From positions 7,278,234 to 7,342,233 of the forward strand of contig OZ316894.1 of the NCBI GenBank assembly GCA_973895155.1: a DNA stretch of 64,000 nucleotides, written 5' to 3'. The notes under the pieces are model-generated. The model was not told where the DNA came from, did not search any database, and worked only from the letters and a program-made list of their open reading frames with translations. Position 1 is the first letter of the stretch; each line of letters starts with the position of its first letter. Both the position numbers and the translations under genes were made by a program. The stretch comes from Marsupella aquatica (lineage: Eukaryota; Plantae; Marchantiophyta). Shown here piece by piece: positions 32,147-44,347 of this stretch.

Positions 32147-34494
32147 AGACCTTCCCAGGTATTCAGAATATGCTGGATAACGTGGATGGTCAGGTTGCTA
32201 TCATTGTGAATATTTGGATAGTTCAAAAAAACATTTGAACTTAATTGTTTGTTGAAGATCAAACAACCCACTACGTGTACGGGGATGAAATACTTTTCAT
32301 CCATATTCTTCGGACACTGAATGAAATGAGGTAACTCTGTCTTCTTTTGATCCATTCCATCTATAGAGATGCCCAAATATTTCTCCGGACTCTTGTAACA
32401 TTTGCTCCGGTGCTTTGCTAACCTCTCCCTCTCGATTGCTTGTGCCTTCCGATGCTCATTTAGCAATGTTGAGAATTTTCCTACAATAATAAAAATGTTT
32501 AGGACAAAACATGATAACCGCAATGTTGAACCCTAACAGCGATAAATTTATCGGGTTCAGTATTCAAACATGAGACCGTAATGATAAACCCTGACAACGA
32601 TAAATTTATCGGGTTCAGTATTCAAACACAAGACCGTAATGAAAAACTGTGACAACGATAAATTTATCAGGTTCAGTATTCAAACTGTTCAAACGATATA
32701 TTCACTCACATGGCCAAAGAAGAAGCACATGAATACTCAACCCGATAAAATTATCGGGAGTAACACACAGGTTTAGAAACTTACTCTTTTCTGCTTCGAG
32801 TGTTGCCTTGTCACGGAGTGCTTTGAATTCAGTACACGGGGCGCAGGTGGAGAAACGGCTCCTTTTGGGGATGCGCACGCGAGGAAACTCCTTGTTCCAA
32901 ATGCGAACAAACCACGAATATGTCATGCCTTGTTCTTGGCGCATTAGAGTTTTGGACTGGAAGGCATCAAAAACTTCTGTTTTTGTCCAATTGTCAGGTA
33001 AATGAAAGATATCCTTGTTGGGGAGACTCTTGACATTTGTGGAAAAAAATCATCCAGCCATTGGACGAGACCAAGATGTGCGGGTGATTTTTCTCGATAA
33101 ACTGTACCGATCTGTATCTGAGAAAACATGTTCTGCGAGATTTTTTGGAGACGATTATTTCCTAGTGAAAATAATTTCTTAAAACCACTCCGACAAAAGG
33201 ATCTACCGCTAACTGAGTAACCACTTGCACCAGCATGCCCACCCTTCACACATCCTCTTAGAAGGACGTTCTTTTCTGGGTAGGATAGCCCATAGTAATA
33301 AGTGCGTTGTTTTGTCACGGCTAGCAGACCCAAATTCCTCAGACAGTAATTATCACAACACAAATACTTATGAATTTCTCTCATTTTGTTTCTATTCAAT
33401 TTGTCATTTATCACATTGTCTTTCCTAGTAATTCGGTCCCTATCTTTTTTACTAGGCTCATTTGACTTCTCTACAACCTGAAATCCGTTCATAACATTGG
33501 CATTTTTGGGTCCTTTAGGTGCCTCACGAATAGATGCATCACTCTCTGTTGAGCTACCATCCTCTATAGATCTCCTTGACGCATTTAGAGGGGCACTGAA
33601 TAGATGACTATAACTATTCTCTTCAACAGCTCCTTCTAAACATTCAGACACAACTTGTGCTATTATATCGGATTCTCTATCTCCTTCCTCATCTTCGTCT
33701 TCCGATGCACTCGACTCATCTGAAAACACAATTGGACTCCATGGCTCTCTATACATAACCCGAACGCCACTAAGACCTCTCCTCAATACTTGGAGCCTGG
33801 AACCAATGACCGTCCGCCCTTGAGAACTTGGAGATTCTGGATTCGCACGTGCAGTCCCAATGACTCCGCGAGCTGCTGGAAAATTGAGCACTTGTTCACC
33901 ACGATTCCCACGGACCATTCGAGAAAGGGCCGAGTCTAGACTTCGCAGTCCGATTCCCTCGCTTGCTCGCACATCCAGTCCAGGCAATGCAAAGACCGAT
34001 CGCTGTATCGGTCTTTGTATTTCTGTGTCCCGATTCTCACCCGGAGACTGAAAGATCCGTCGTTGAACTTGTGTTGAATGTGGCGACTTGAATGCCGACT
34101 GCGATACGTGTATCGGTCGCCGGATACCCTCTCCATAACCCGGGATGGATGGCCTGAAGCGACGTCTCGGACCTAAACCTGGGATTGAAAGTTTCTCATT
34201 TCTTGGCGATGGAACGCTCAAGAGACGACGCTTCTCAGGTTTACTAGGTGACACATAGTAAGCACTGGGCTCAGGACCAGAACTTGCATCAGAATCTGAG
34301 TCAGAGATTTTGGGCACTATTTGCTGTGAGAGAGGTAGAGCTTTAAGTATGCGACTTGGCAAACAGCGAGCGACAAGATTAGGAGAGGATTCAACTGAAC
34401 TGGAAGGTGAATCTGTGTCTGATTGAGACATGGCTATTCGAGACACTATGGGGCTTTGCATTCCTCCCACAATCAGGGAAAATGAAAGTCTCAA
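32147..34494 (-). pseudogene. Sola-like DDE transposase, frameshifted near 33042, intron about 32783-32481, truncated at 32147
   Basis: CCDNYCL, F.RIWNKEFPRVRIPKRSRFSTCAPC, ISIDGMDQKKTELPHF, HVVG, DSNLTI; TATA-like TATAAAA near 34580. Confidence 0.7.
32529..32685. repeat. 58-bp tandem repeat (about 2.7 units) with palindromic core CGATAAATTTATCG
   Basis: Directly visible; the same core appears in a 72-bp-spaced repeat at 34720-34830. Confidence 0.9.
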
Positions 34495-35502
34495 CGGACA
34501 GAATGTTGCTCCAAGAACACAACTCCCAAAACTCTACTCTTGATAATGACGCCAAAAACTTATCGGCGGTGGCCCTTTTATAGTGTATGTTAAGGGGTTG
34601 GCCCACGTGTCCACTTTTGATTGGTTGTCACCCTAAACGACAAAATAGCAGAAAAGGGTATATTTCTTGGATTTCTAATTCATTCTCACACGTGCATCGT
34701 GGCAAAATTGTATAGTTTTGAAATTGAAGCGATAAATTTATCTGATGTTGGTATTGCAAAAGTGGTTCCTTCATATGGAAGTTGCAATTTGGAAATTGAA
34801 GCGATAAATTTATCTGATGTTGGTATTGCGAAGAGTTTTCTTCATATGGATAGGAATTTTGAAATTTAACCGATGAACCGAAGGATCTTAGTATTGTCGA
34901 CTAGTATTTTTGTCGCCCGTAGTTTTTGCGATAATTTTATCGGACTGTGCATTGCTGTTGAAAGAATGGCATGTTGACTATGGTCACTTGCGGAGGTAAC
35001 TGGTCAATTGCGGAGGTAACTGCAAGGTAAGTTTGACGAACCGTGCAGTAATTCTTATCGACTGTGATGTAAAATATTTCTGGTAAATACCCAAAAACTG
35101 AGAAAACTGAGATTGGGTCGGAGCTTTCGTGGCTCAAATCCGGAGTCCGATACAGTTATTGCACTTGGCTCGAAATGTGGATATGGATTTATAGATAAGC
35201 CCTTTCATATATCTTCGGAGAGCGTGAATATGAGGTTGAGGAGAAAGTTTTTTGGATCTAATTGTTCCTTGATAATATGAATGTTTGTTAGCATGAATTT
35301 CATTGGTTTTGATCATTATTAAATTTGCTGTTTCAATCCGAACTCCGATACGAATTACATTATTTCCCCAAAAACGTGTTTTTGATGAAAAAACTGCCGA
35401 TTTTGCGAGATTTGGCGGAAAATGAAAATACACTTCTCGTTTAGAGGAAATAGTTCTCGTTTGATCCGAAATCGTGTTGTAGGCCGCCGCAACGGATTTC
35501 TC

Positions 35503-36290
35503 ACCACATCAAGTGTTACTACCTTTGGTTCCTTGAGAGGGGAATTCTCTTGTTGCTATGTTTCCGGCCTCTTCTCTTGTTGTCGTTTGTTCGGGGGCTC
35601 CTCGTCCTCTACCATCGATCGGTGCTGGGATCGGCATCCGCTCTTGTAGAGGCAACACTAGTGCAAAAGACTTGCTTCTTGCATACCGGCAAAGTAATTG
35701 CAGATGGTACCCTAGTCTGGATACCGCTCCTTCCCCAATGCTCTGCTTCTCTTCATTCAATGCTTTCTTTAAATGCATTTAAAGATAGCCATTGTAGTCA
35801 CGGCTTGAATCGATATTCTCCACCAAAAATACTTGGGCCTTGCCGATCTCTGCTCTTGGCAATGTACCGTGTAATGTGACTCTTAAGAAATCAATCAACT
35901 GCCTCACATGTGGATTAGTGCATTGATTTCTAAAGAACCCATTCTTAGTGGAGGGCCCTGGAAACGATCAAAATTGGCTATCCGGCAACGTCTTTCGCTG
36001 CTCCACCTCAGTCTTATTCCCTTGTGAAAGAGCAAAGACGGCTTCGATCAGTGCTGGCATTAATTCCACCACCCTCCCATACATCAGCATCGTGCTAGAA
36101 GAAGCCTCCCAGCATCCCACAAAGTCTAATAGATCTTCGTCTGGTATATCAACTAACCGCCACGGCAACCGGATGAATCCTCTAAGCCGGTGTTGTTCAT
36201 GTATCCAAAATACTTGTTATCCTGGATAGCACAGAAGACCTCATCTTCTTCTCGTGCAAACTACAGTTGTAAATTGGCAGGTATGAGTTG
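35503..36290 (-). pseudogene. Degenerate paralog of the 30370-31446 accessory ORF
   Basis: SRLGYHLQLLCRYARSKSFALVLPLQ vs SRLGYHMPLLCRYARGQTFAPVLPLQ; DLLDFVGCWE vs DLLEFVGSWE; several stops and frameshifts. Confidence 0.85.
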
Positions 36291-36451
36291 AGGCATCTTA
36301 CGGCTACTTCCAACGGGACTTAGCAACAGGATGGCGAACGCGAATTGAAGAAAAGGCAAATTAGACTTCGAGCGCTCACTCTTGACTTAATTCCTGCCAC
36401 CTCTGTTGATTCTACCAGCTTCCCCACTCCTTAGCGCACTCAACATAACGG

Positions 36452-38872
36452 ATGAGAGCTATGGCGAACCTCGGCATTGATGAACAGTACCGAGTTGACA
36501 CTCTGGCAATTCCTAAGAGCATAGTCACTCGAATTCCACCAGCGCCCGATAGCTATGCAAATTTACGGACTTCCTTACAGCAGCTAGGTTTGGAGCATCT
36601 ACTTGCCGTTCCTTGGGAAGTAGAGCTCGACACATATTTGCAGGATTTTGTAAAGGGGTCAGTGCTTGCTCCTGAATTTCGACGGACTATTCGAGCTCGA
36701 CCCAGCTTATGGACTGTGGAACAAATTGCTTATGCCTTCCGCTGCCCTTCAAAAGGAGAAGGATTGTATTCGAAGAAGAAAGATTTATCTAGTACACCTT
36801 ACTTCTCTGGGACTCGCAATCTCACCAATGGCTAGAATTTAACACAGTGTATTTATCCAGATTTGAGAGTGCTTCTGGAATTTCTAGTACCCATTTTACA
36901 CCCGAAGAGGCCAACTATCTGTCCAGTGGCTTCGGTCAATACAATTGTAGCCGCACACAGTGGATCTGTCCAGGTGAATTGGGCCCTGCTAATTTTCAAT
37001 GTGATGAAGGATCAGGTGAGGACCATGAAGGCAGGTAGACCCACTCATCTGCAGATTTATTCGTCTCAACTCTATCATGCTTATGATTGTTTATATCCAG
37101 AGGAGAAAACGGAAAGAGGGCTGCTCCTGATTGAGTTAGGCATTGAAGAAGACCTAAGTATGGAAGAACCAGTGGATGTTGTTCCCCTGGATTCTCATGA
37201 TCAAAATGTGGATGCTGAGATGGAATTAGATAGGACACCTGCTCATAACTTAGAGCTGGTTCGACACCCTCTGCATAACGTGGTGTATTCACCAAGAGTT
37301 AATATGAGAGATCAACCTGGAGCTGGAGAAGACAGAGATTCTCCTGAGCAATCAGCCAACGTTGCTGAACTGGCTCTTGCAACTGTCAACCTAAGGACCA
37401 ACTCCTCCACACCTCCAAAAGCAGAAGTGAATCAGCAACTCATTGATAAGTTGACATCTCTTCTTAGTTGCAGTGATGATGGTCTTTTCGATGCTGTCAA
37501 TGATTTAAGAATGGAAGCTGTCAGTTTGAAGTCACCATTCCCTGACCAATTAAGCCCTATCAGGATGACCTCTCCTCCAGGAGAGTCAACACCAGTGGAA
37601 TATGTGACTCTCACCCCTGCTACTCAATAGACCCCCTTTCAATCAGGTGACCTTGTTCCATTAACAGACAATATTAGCTATGCAGCTATTGTGGATGATC
37701 TACTGGAGATATTGCAGTGTGATCCTCAGCAGATAGTCTCTGTAGTTGGCAACCTGGTGCAGCGATGACCCACTGCTACCCCTTCTCCTAGTCCACGTTT
37801 TCCCCCTTACAGTCCTGACTCCAGCTGTGAACCCACTGAAGGACCGCCCTACCATCAGTCATAGTATGAGCATCCTTATGTTCGAAAGGATCTTCCTGAA
37901 GACTCTGATCCACCCTCAGATGGTGACACTTATAGATCTTATGAAAATTCTCTTGGGTCATCCCCAAGGCAAGGATTTGAGAATGTTGATGTAGCTCTAA
38001 AATCAAAACCAAATTTAGTGGCAGTGGTCACCTCGTCCACCCAAACCCCCAGGAATGCTACTATCGAAAGCAGGTACCCTAGACGTCCTGAGTCAGAAGT
38101 GCACAGGTATGCCACCACTTGCAAAATAATGCAGGCCAACAGACCACCGGTTGGAGAGTTCTGGAGATACTACTATCTAAAGAAGACTGAGGCAAGCTAC
38201 ATCTTCGATCTTAGGTGTCTTGGTACTTCTAGAGTGGAAATGGCACAATTTGATGAGTTTTGGATTGACTCAATATACTTTCGGCCTATTCTTGTTATGA
38301 TGCTACTCCAAGGTGATGTAGAGGTAGAGGATTCAGACTTAGTTCTGGCATACTTTGGAAACTTTGCAGCCTATGCCTTGGATTTTGTGGTTTCCTTCCT
38401 GATGCAGAGCAAGAAGTCTACTGCTCTACAACACGATTACATACCACAAGGACCCAAGGTTACCCTTGTTTCAACCAGTACATTGGCTGAGAAACAGAGG
38501 ATCTGGAATAATGTCACTTCTCAGACTCTAGCTGAATTCAACCGATACTTCAGAGATGTCAGATGGAGACTTCGACCTTTCTATTCCAAGATGCTGAACT
38601 CTATTGAGTTCCTGTACCATCATCCCCAAGTATATGCTGCTACCTGCAACAACTATGATGTGATCGGGATGTACAGAGAAGCTCTTCGTATAGATTCATG
38701 TTATTTGATGAAGAGGATGCCTTTGATGTATCTTGAGAGACAACTGAGGTGCCTACCATACTCCAGAGGATCCCCACGCCAAGCTGAACTGATGGAGGTT
38801 ACTCAGAACCTGTTACCCTTGTGGAGTTGCTGGAACCAGACGACATCCGACAGCAAGCGAAGAAGTCTTTAA
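36452..38872 (+). pseudogene. Family X accessory ORF (about 800 codons) with stops and frameshifts
   Basis: LGLEHLLAVPW...FLVPILHPKRP...VNWA N-terminal domain; collinear with the open ORF at 62164-64000. Confidence 0.8.
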
Positions 38873-39064
38873 GTGTTTTTAGTTAGTTTTTAGAGTAGTG
38901 CATCTTATCTGATTTTTAGAAATGCGTTCTAGAGCTTTGGAAGCTGTCATACTTCTTTAGTGTATAGTCTGTACCTAGGAAAACCTCCTGGCAAAATCTC
39001 AGAGTTTTCTGACTTATAGTTAGGAAGTTAAAAATAGTTGAATTCATCAAGTCTTTACTTTACC

Positions 39065-39170
39065 GCGATTACGAGTTCCGACAGATTTCCGATTACGAGT
39101 TACTAGTTTCCGATTACGAGTTTCGATAGACAGCCGATTACGAGTTAATAGTTTACTAGTTACGAGTTCA
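39065..39170 (+). repeat. Short tandem motif CGATTACGAGTT (about 5 copies)
   Basis: Directly visible; replaced by a different short repeat at the homologous site of copy 2 (about 61915-61950). Confidence 0.85.
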
Positions 39171-40086
39171 TACTTAGCCATTTTTCCGGCTTTTCACTTA
39201 CTGAATCGCCATTTTAAAATTTTGAGGGGTATGAAGAGGCATGTCTCTTCGACCCTGTGACCTCTTACTCTGTAGATTTTTACTATAAGACCCCTCCACC
39301 ACTAGTGTAGATTATGGTAAAGTTTAGCAATTTTTGCCTTTCCTTGGTGTTCTGCCAGTTGATCATGAATGTTAAGAGTTCGAGATCAAGCTTGACACCA
39401 GGAGAAGACTTTCCTCCTTCTTGTGGTTTAATCCTTTGAATAAATCATGGGAAGTAAAATTCCAATTGTGTAAATCTTATGAGATCTGATGACAGATTCC
39501 TCTTTGGTGACTCATTACAATCTCCTGAGTTCTTGGAGTTAACTCACTGAGTTTTTAAGTCTTATTTGAAATTGATGGATTTTCTTTCATGTTGCTTAGT
39601 ACCATCTAAATGTTGAAGTAGCTACCTTTTAGATCTTATCTGAGTACCACTTAGAAAGAAAGGATAAGACATGTTGACGGCATTTTAAAAGGTACTCTAG
39701 TAAGCAATTTAGATCTGAAAAGCAATATGGATTTGTATCCTTAAGTCTTTTCATTTTGACTTATGTCTAAGGAGTAACCTTGGAAAATTCCAGACTCCCT
39801 TAGCATATTTTGAGATATTTTTCCTTGTGTTTTGTTAATCATTCCCTTTTCATTAATTTATGGTTACATGATGTTGAGTTGTCATTAAAAACCACTCACC
39901 GCTATGGAGCGATCTTCAAAATACCTTAGTAAAGTAATCAATTCTGATTACTATGTGTTAAAGAGAGTTCTTAAACTCTCATTTGTGTTTTTATGTATCA
40001 AATCAACCCCATCTTGTTCTTTACGGGAACGAATACCGAGTTTGAAGTCCTTTAAGTGTGTTTTTGGTTCTTCATAGCAAACTACA

Positions 40087-40733
40087 ATTACATTGGCGTT
40101 GAGGGCCGATTTGGAGTATCCTATCTCACTGGCAGGGCTGCAGACATTTTGAAAGACTTTTCTCCTAGTGTCTTCAAATTTCCAGATTATATTCCTATTG
40201 ATGAACCTGTGGAGATATGGGGCAGTTCTTGGATAGTGAAGGAGTCCTCTATTGGTGCTGATATAGGATATGGTCTATATGCTTTGGATGACATTGTTGT
40301 CCCTCCAAAGCCATGGAGACGTGGCTACAATGGAGAGCACCTTTTCCCTTATATTGGGGCTGTATATAACGCAAAGAGTTGGAACATTTTGTTGCGTCAA
40401 CACCCAAGTTGGGGGGTGTATGCATTGAGGATGGACTCAGACCCAGACGAGGTGTTCACTAGGCCGTGGCATTGTCGGATGATTGATGGTGACCCTGTTA
40501 GGAATGGAAATTTAGCAGGATACATCAATAGTACCACAGGTAGAGGTAGAGATTTGGAGGCTAATGTAGAGTGGATCCAAATGTTTGGTCCACCTAGAGA
40601 CCCATATTTTGTGAAACATATGGATGACCACATCATGACAGTGGCCATTAGGACCATTAGAGCGGGAGAGGAGTTATTGTGTGATTATGATTGGGATGCA
40701 CCAAAACTGTCTCTACGTTCTCGTCCAACTTAG
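40087..40733 (+). CDS. SET-domain protein, N-terminus removed by the LTR X insertion
   Basis: VKESSIG..IGYGLYA, YIG, IDGDPVRNGNLAGYINS, AIRTIRAGEELLCDY; no post-SET cysteines; frame open up to the LTR junction. Confidence 0.85.
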
Positions 40734-40894
40734 TTTCTTGGGCTTACATATATATATATCTGAAATTTATTTTCCATTTCTAATGTTGGATTAATGAGAT
40801 TGTTGGCAAGATTGATGTTGATGACATTACATGGATGCATGTTGTATGATAGAACCAATATGTAGTGCCTGATGTTGGGGTAATATCATGAGCT

Positions 40895-41620
40895 ATGCGG
40901 CAACACCTTGTTGAGGCCATGGTGGCCAATCGTGGGGAGGAGACTGAGGTACAGCATGAGGGGGGCAATCCAACCGAAGATCATGTTGACGAGGAGAGGG
41001 CCATGGATGAGCTCATGGATCAGTTCTATGATGATGATGCGGACATTGGTATGGAGGACATGGGTAGCCAGGATGACAACAACACTCATCCGCATGTCTC
41101 TAGGGGGGGGGCAGCAGAAGGAATGGGAAGAGGCTCAACGTCATGCTCGTACTCGCATATTTGAGGGGAGTAGGCTATCTCGGCTCTCAGCAATAATGTT
41201 GTTGTTGAATGTGCAACAAAGACATGGGGCAAGCAACCTACTTTTGGATGACGTTTTTCGTACCCTACATGATCGTATTTTACCACCAGGCAACAACATA
41301 CCAAGCTCTTGGAAGGAGGCTAAACAGGTGTTGAAGTCCATTGGCCTAAAATATGAAGTGATACATGCATGTGTGAATGATTGCATTCTTTTCAGGGGTG
41401 AGCATGAGAATGCAATTATATGTCCTATGTGTGAGAAGCCGCAGTTCCGTGATGACATGTTGACGGGGAAGGTGCCTCAAAAGGTTATGCGGTACTTTCC
41501 TCTCATCCCTCGATTGCGCCATCAATATCGTTGTGTAGAGTTGGCTGAGTATATGGTCTGGCACTCACAACATCGTTCGGATATGGGTACAGACTCTAGT
41601 ACCATGCGGATGATGGTAGA
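40895..41620 (+). pseudogene. N-terminal fragment of a CACTA TnpD transposase
   Basis: LPPGNNIPSSWKEAK, IHACVNDCILFRGE, CPMC, PQKVMRYFPLIPRL; frameshift at the G-run near 41103-41112; cut by the LTR at 41621. Confidence 0.9.
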
Positions 41621-42075
41621 TGTAGTTTGCTATGAAGAACCAAAAACACATTTATAGGTCTTCAAACTCGGTATTCGTTCCCGTAAAGAACAAGATGGGG
41701 GTGGTTTGATACATAAAAACACAAATGAGAGTTTAAGAACTCTCTTTAACACATAGTAATAAGAATTGATTACTTTAATAAGGTATTTTGAAGATCGCTC
41801 CACAGCGGTGAGTAGTTTTCAATGATAACTCAGCATCAGGTAACCATAAATTAATGAAAAGGAAATGATTAACAAAACACAAGAGAAAATAATCTCAAAG
41901 TACGCTAAGGGAGTTTGGAATAGACCAAGGTTACTCCTTAGACATAAGTCAAAATGAAAAGACTTAAGGATTCAAATCCATATTGTTTTTCAGATCTAAA
42001 CTGCTTACTAGAGTACCTTTTAAAATGCCGTCAACATGTCTTATCCTTTCTTTCTAAGTGGTACTCAGATAAGAT

Positions 42076-44116
42076 TGTAGTATTGTACTAAGGACATAAA
42101 TCAACATTTAATGTCCAAAACTCGGTATTCGATCCCATGGAAGAACAAGAAAGGAATGATTTTCTATCGTTTAACACTTATGAATGACTAAGGTCACAAA
42201 AAACACAGGTTTGAGCCTTTTACTATGATTGCCCAGCAAGGCATAGATTTGAATGTTTGCTTAACATTGAAAATGCAATTAATAAAATGGAAACAAATAA
42301 CAAAACACAATGAAATCTTGAGGTATGATGAGGGAGTCTGGAAAACACCAAGGTAACTTCTCATCAATACTTCATTTGATGTGATTTGGGTGGTATATCC
42401 GTAAGAACATTTTTGGAATGGATTACTGTACTAGGATGATTACTAAAATGCCGTCAACACGTCTCAACTTTTCCTTCCAAAGGTACTCAGAAGAAACTAG
42501 TAATCAATCACTTCGATATCCAGTCGGTACTCTGAGTCACGAATAATAAACACCATCATGATCAAATTGAAGTCACAGGTAATTGGTGAGTAACAATCTT
42601 TGCATCCCATGCACAAGCAATGTCACGCCAAAAACTATGCATCAAGAACTCAAGAAGATGGGTTGTCACCACTTAAGGAATCTATTCCCTCATACTTCTG
42701 AGATTCAACTTCATACAAGTAATTTTACTTCAATGATCTAAACTCTCAATCATTCAGACCAAGGAAGGGAGAAGAATTCCTTTGTATTTGCAAGCTCCAT
42801 ACCATACGAAAACACACGGAAGCTTTGCAAAGGTGATTACAGTACTGCAGCACATGCCACAGGCACTACTTTATTTCTTCACACTTGAAAATGACACAAA
42901 TTCTACTTCATATAGGCTAGCAGGAACCCAAGGAGACTGAGATACTGAAAGGACATGCCCTTTCATATCTAAAGGGTCTTGAATAAACTTAATGACGATC
43001 ATCCTTGAAAAGTGAATGGACACTGCTGAAAGTGTCAAAAATGCAGGGGACGCTTCAGAAAGCGTCGAGGTTTGAGCGGACGCTTTGCAAAGCGTCGGTG
43101 TTTGCGATAAAACTAATAAACAGTGATTTTAATCTAATTTTGACTTCTAAACTAAGAGTCGGAATGAGTTGAAACTTTTCTAGGGTACTCTACTACATAT
43201 AGTCTATATGCTGGAAAAGTTTCAGACTTTTCTGAGATCTCTAAGTGCCTCAAATAAATCGGTAAAAGGGGCACGGTGTTATAAAAGTGCAAAAACTGAA
43301 AATTTTTCTAAGTGTCGGGAACATAGTGGACGCTTCAGAAAGCGTCCAAACTACAAATGACTTTTATGGACGCTTCAGAAAGCGTCAACTGAATTTTGAG
43401 GTTTTGGTCGCAGCGTCCATCTTCTGGTCTTCGGGCGGGACGCTTCAGTGGGCGTCACAGTGTCGAGGTCACCTTCGGGGTAGCAGACTCTTCTGTGGGC
43501 GTCGCTCCTCATGTGGATTGCAGAGCGTCGGAGTACAACTGGTTGGGTGGTGGACGCTTCAGAAAGCGTCGTGGTCTTTGGGTGGACACTTTTCAAAGCG
43601 TCCAAAAATACAAGGGACGCTTCACAAAGCGTCGGCGAAGTCGCGGCTATGCGAAAAACAGCAAAACTAAATTAATTCTAACTTTCAAATCACATGTCGG
43701 TTTGAGATGAAATTTGCAGGGATGATTCTACTACGCAACTACTACCTCCTGAAAAAGTATGAGACTTTTCTGACCATGATAGCTATTTAACTAAAATAGC
43801 ATAGATCGGCTGATTGTGATAATTGTATACAGAGCTCATTCTTGTTGAAGAAGTGTTTTGGAGGCCAGTTCTTGAATCTTCTAGTCTGCATTGCTTCTCC
43901 AATGATGTCCAGCCTTCTTTCTTGGTAGCATGTAAAGAGCAAGGATTTATATTGGCGATCCTTGTCCAATACAATAGCCTCCGATGAAGCATAACATTAG
44001 GTTAAGTGTTCAGTTGATCTAAATTGCTACAAAAGGTAACTAGATTGTACCTTGAGTTAGAAAAAGTTTAAAATTTATAAAATTTCCATCATTTCTAACT
44101 AATGTACAGCATTACA
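42076..44116 (-). mobile_element. Solo LTR (2041 bp) of a family related to X
   Basis: TGTAGT...ATTACA ends; TSD AAGAT (42071-42075, 44117-44121); empty site visible in copy 1 near 39633. Confidence 0.92.
43049..43633. repeat. About 8 dispersed copies of the palindrome GACGCTT-N4-AAGCGTC
   Basis: Copies near 43049, 43079, 43329, 43369, 43439, 43553, 43585, 43616. Confidence 0.9.
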
Positions 44117-44347
44117 AAGATCTAAAAGGTAGCTACTTCAACATTTAGATGGTACTAAGCAACATGAAAGAAAATCCATCAATTTCAATGAGACTTAAAC
44201 TCAATGAGTTAACTTCAAGAACTCAAGAGATTGTAATGAGTCACCAATAAGGAATCTATCATTACAACTCAAAAGATTTGCACAAAAGGAATTTTACTTC
44301 CTGTGTTTATAATCATAGGTAAAAACACAAGAAGGAGGTAAGTCTCT

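Larger units (their letters stand above)
32147..35502 (-). mobile_element. 5' half of a DNA transposon with a Sola-like (DUF7869-type) transposase
   Basis: Abrupt junction at 35502 starting GAGAAATCCG on the minus strand; palindromic GATAAATTTATC repeats; transposase remnant; the other end is absent. Confidence 0.55.
36290..40086 (+). mobile_element. LTR-retroelement family X, copy 1 (5'-truncated; accessory ORF plus LTR end)
   Basis: Ends ...GCAAACTACA; inverted homolog of 41621-42075 + 44122-44347 + 61682-64000; related to the bona fide solo LTR at 42076-44116. Confidence 0.75.

Noticed and set aside
39222-39250. GAGGGGTATGAAGAGGCA-TGT as PPT and LTR start of family X
   Set aside because: The homologous sequence lies inside the related solo LTR (about 42950-42975)
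40087-40105. TGGCG after the X LTR as a PBS
   Set aside because: No extended tRNA match that I recognise, no gag follows, and it is in frame with the SET ORF
43049-43633. Palindromic repeats as a CRISPR array
   Set aside because: Irregular spacing, degenerate copies, located inside a eukaryotic solo LTR, no cas genes
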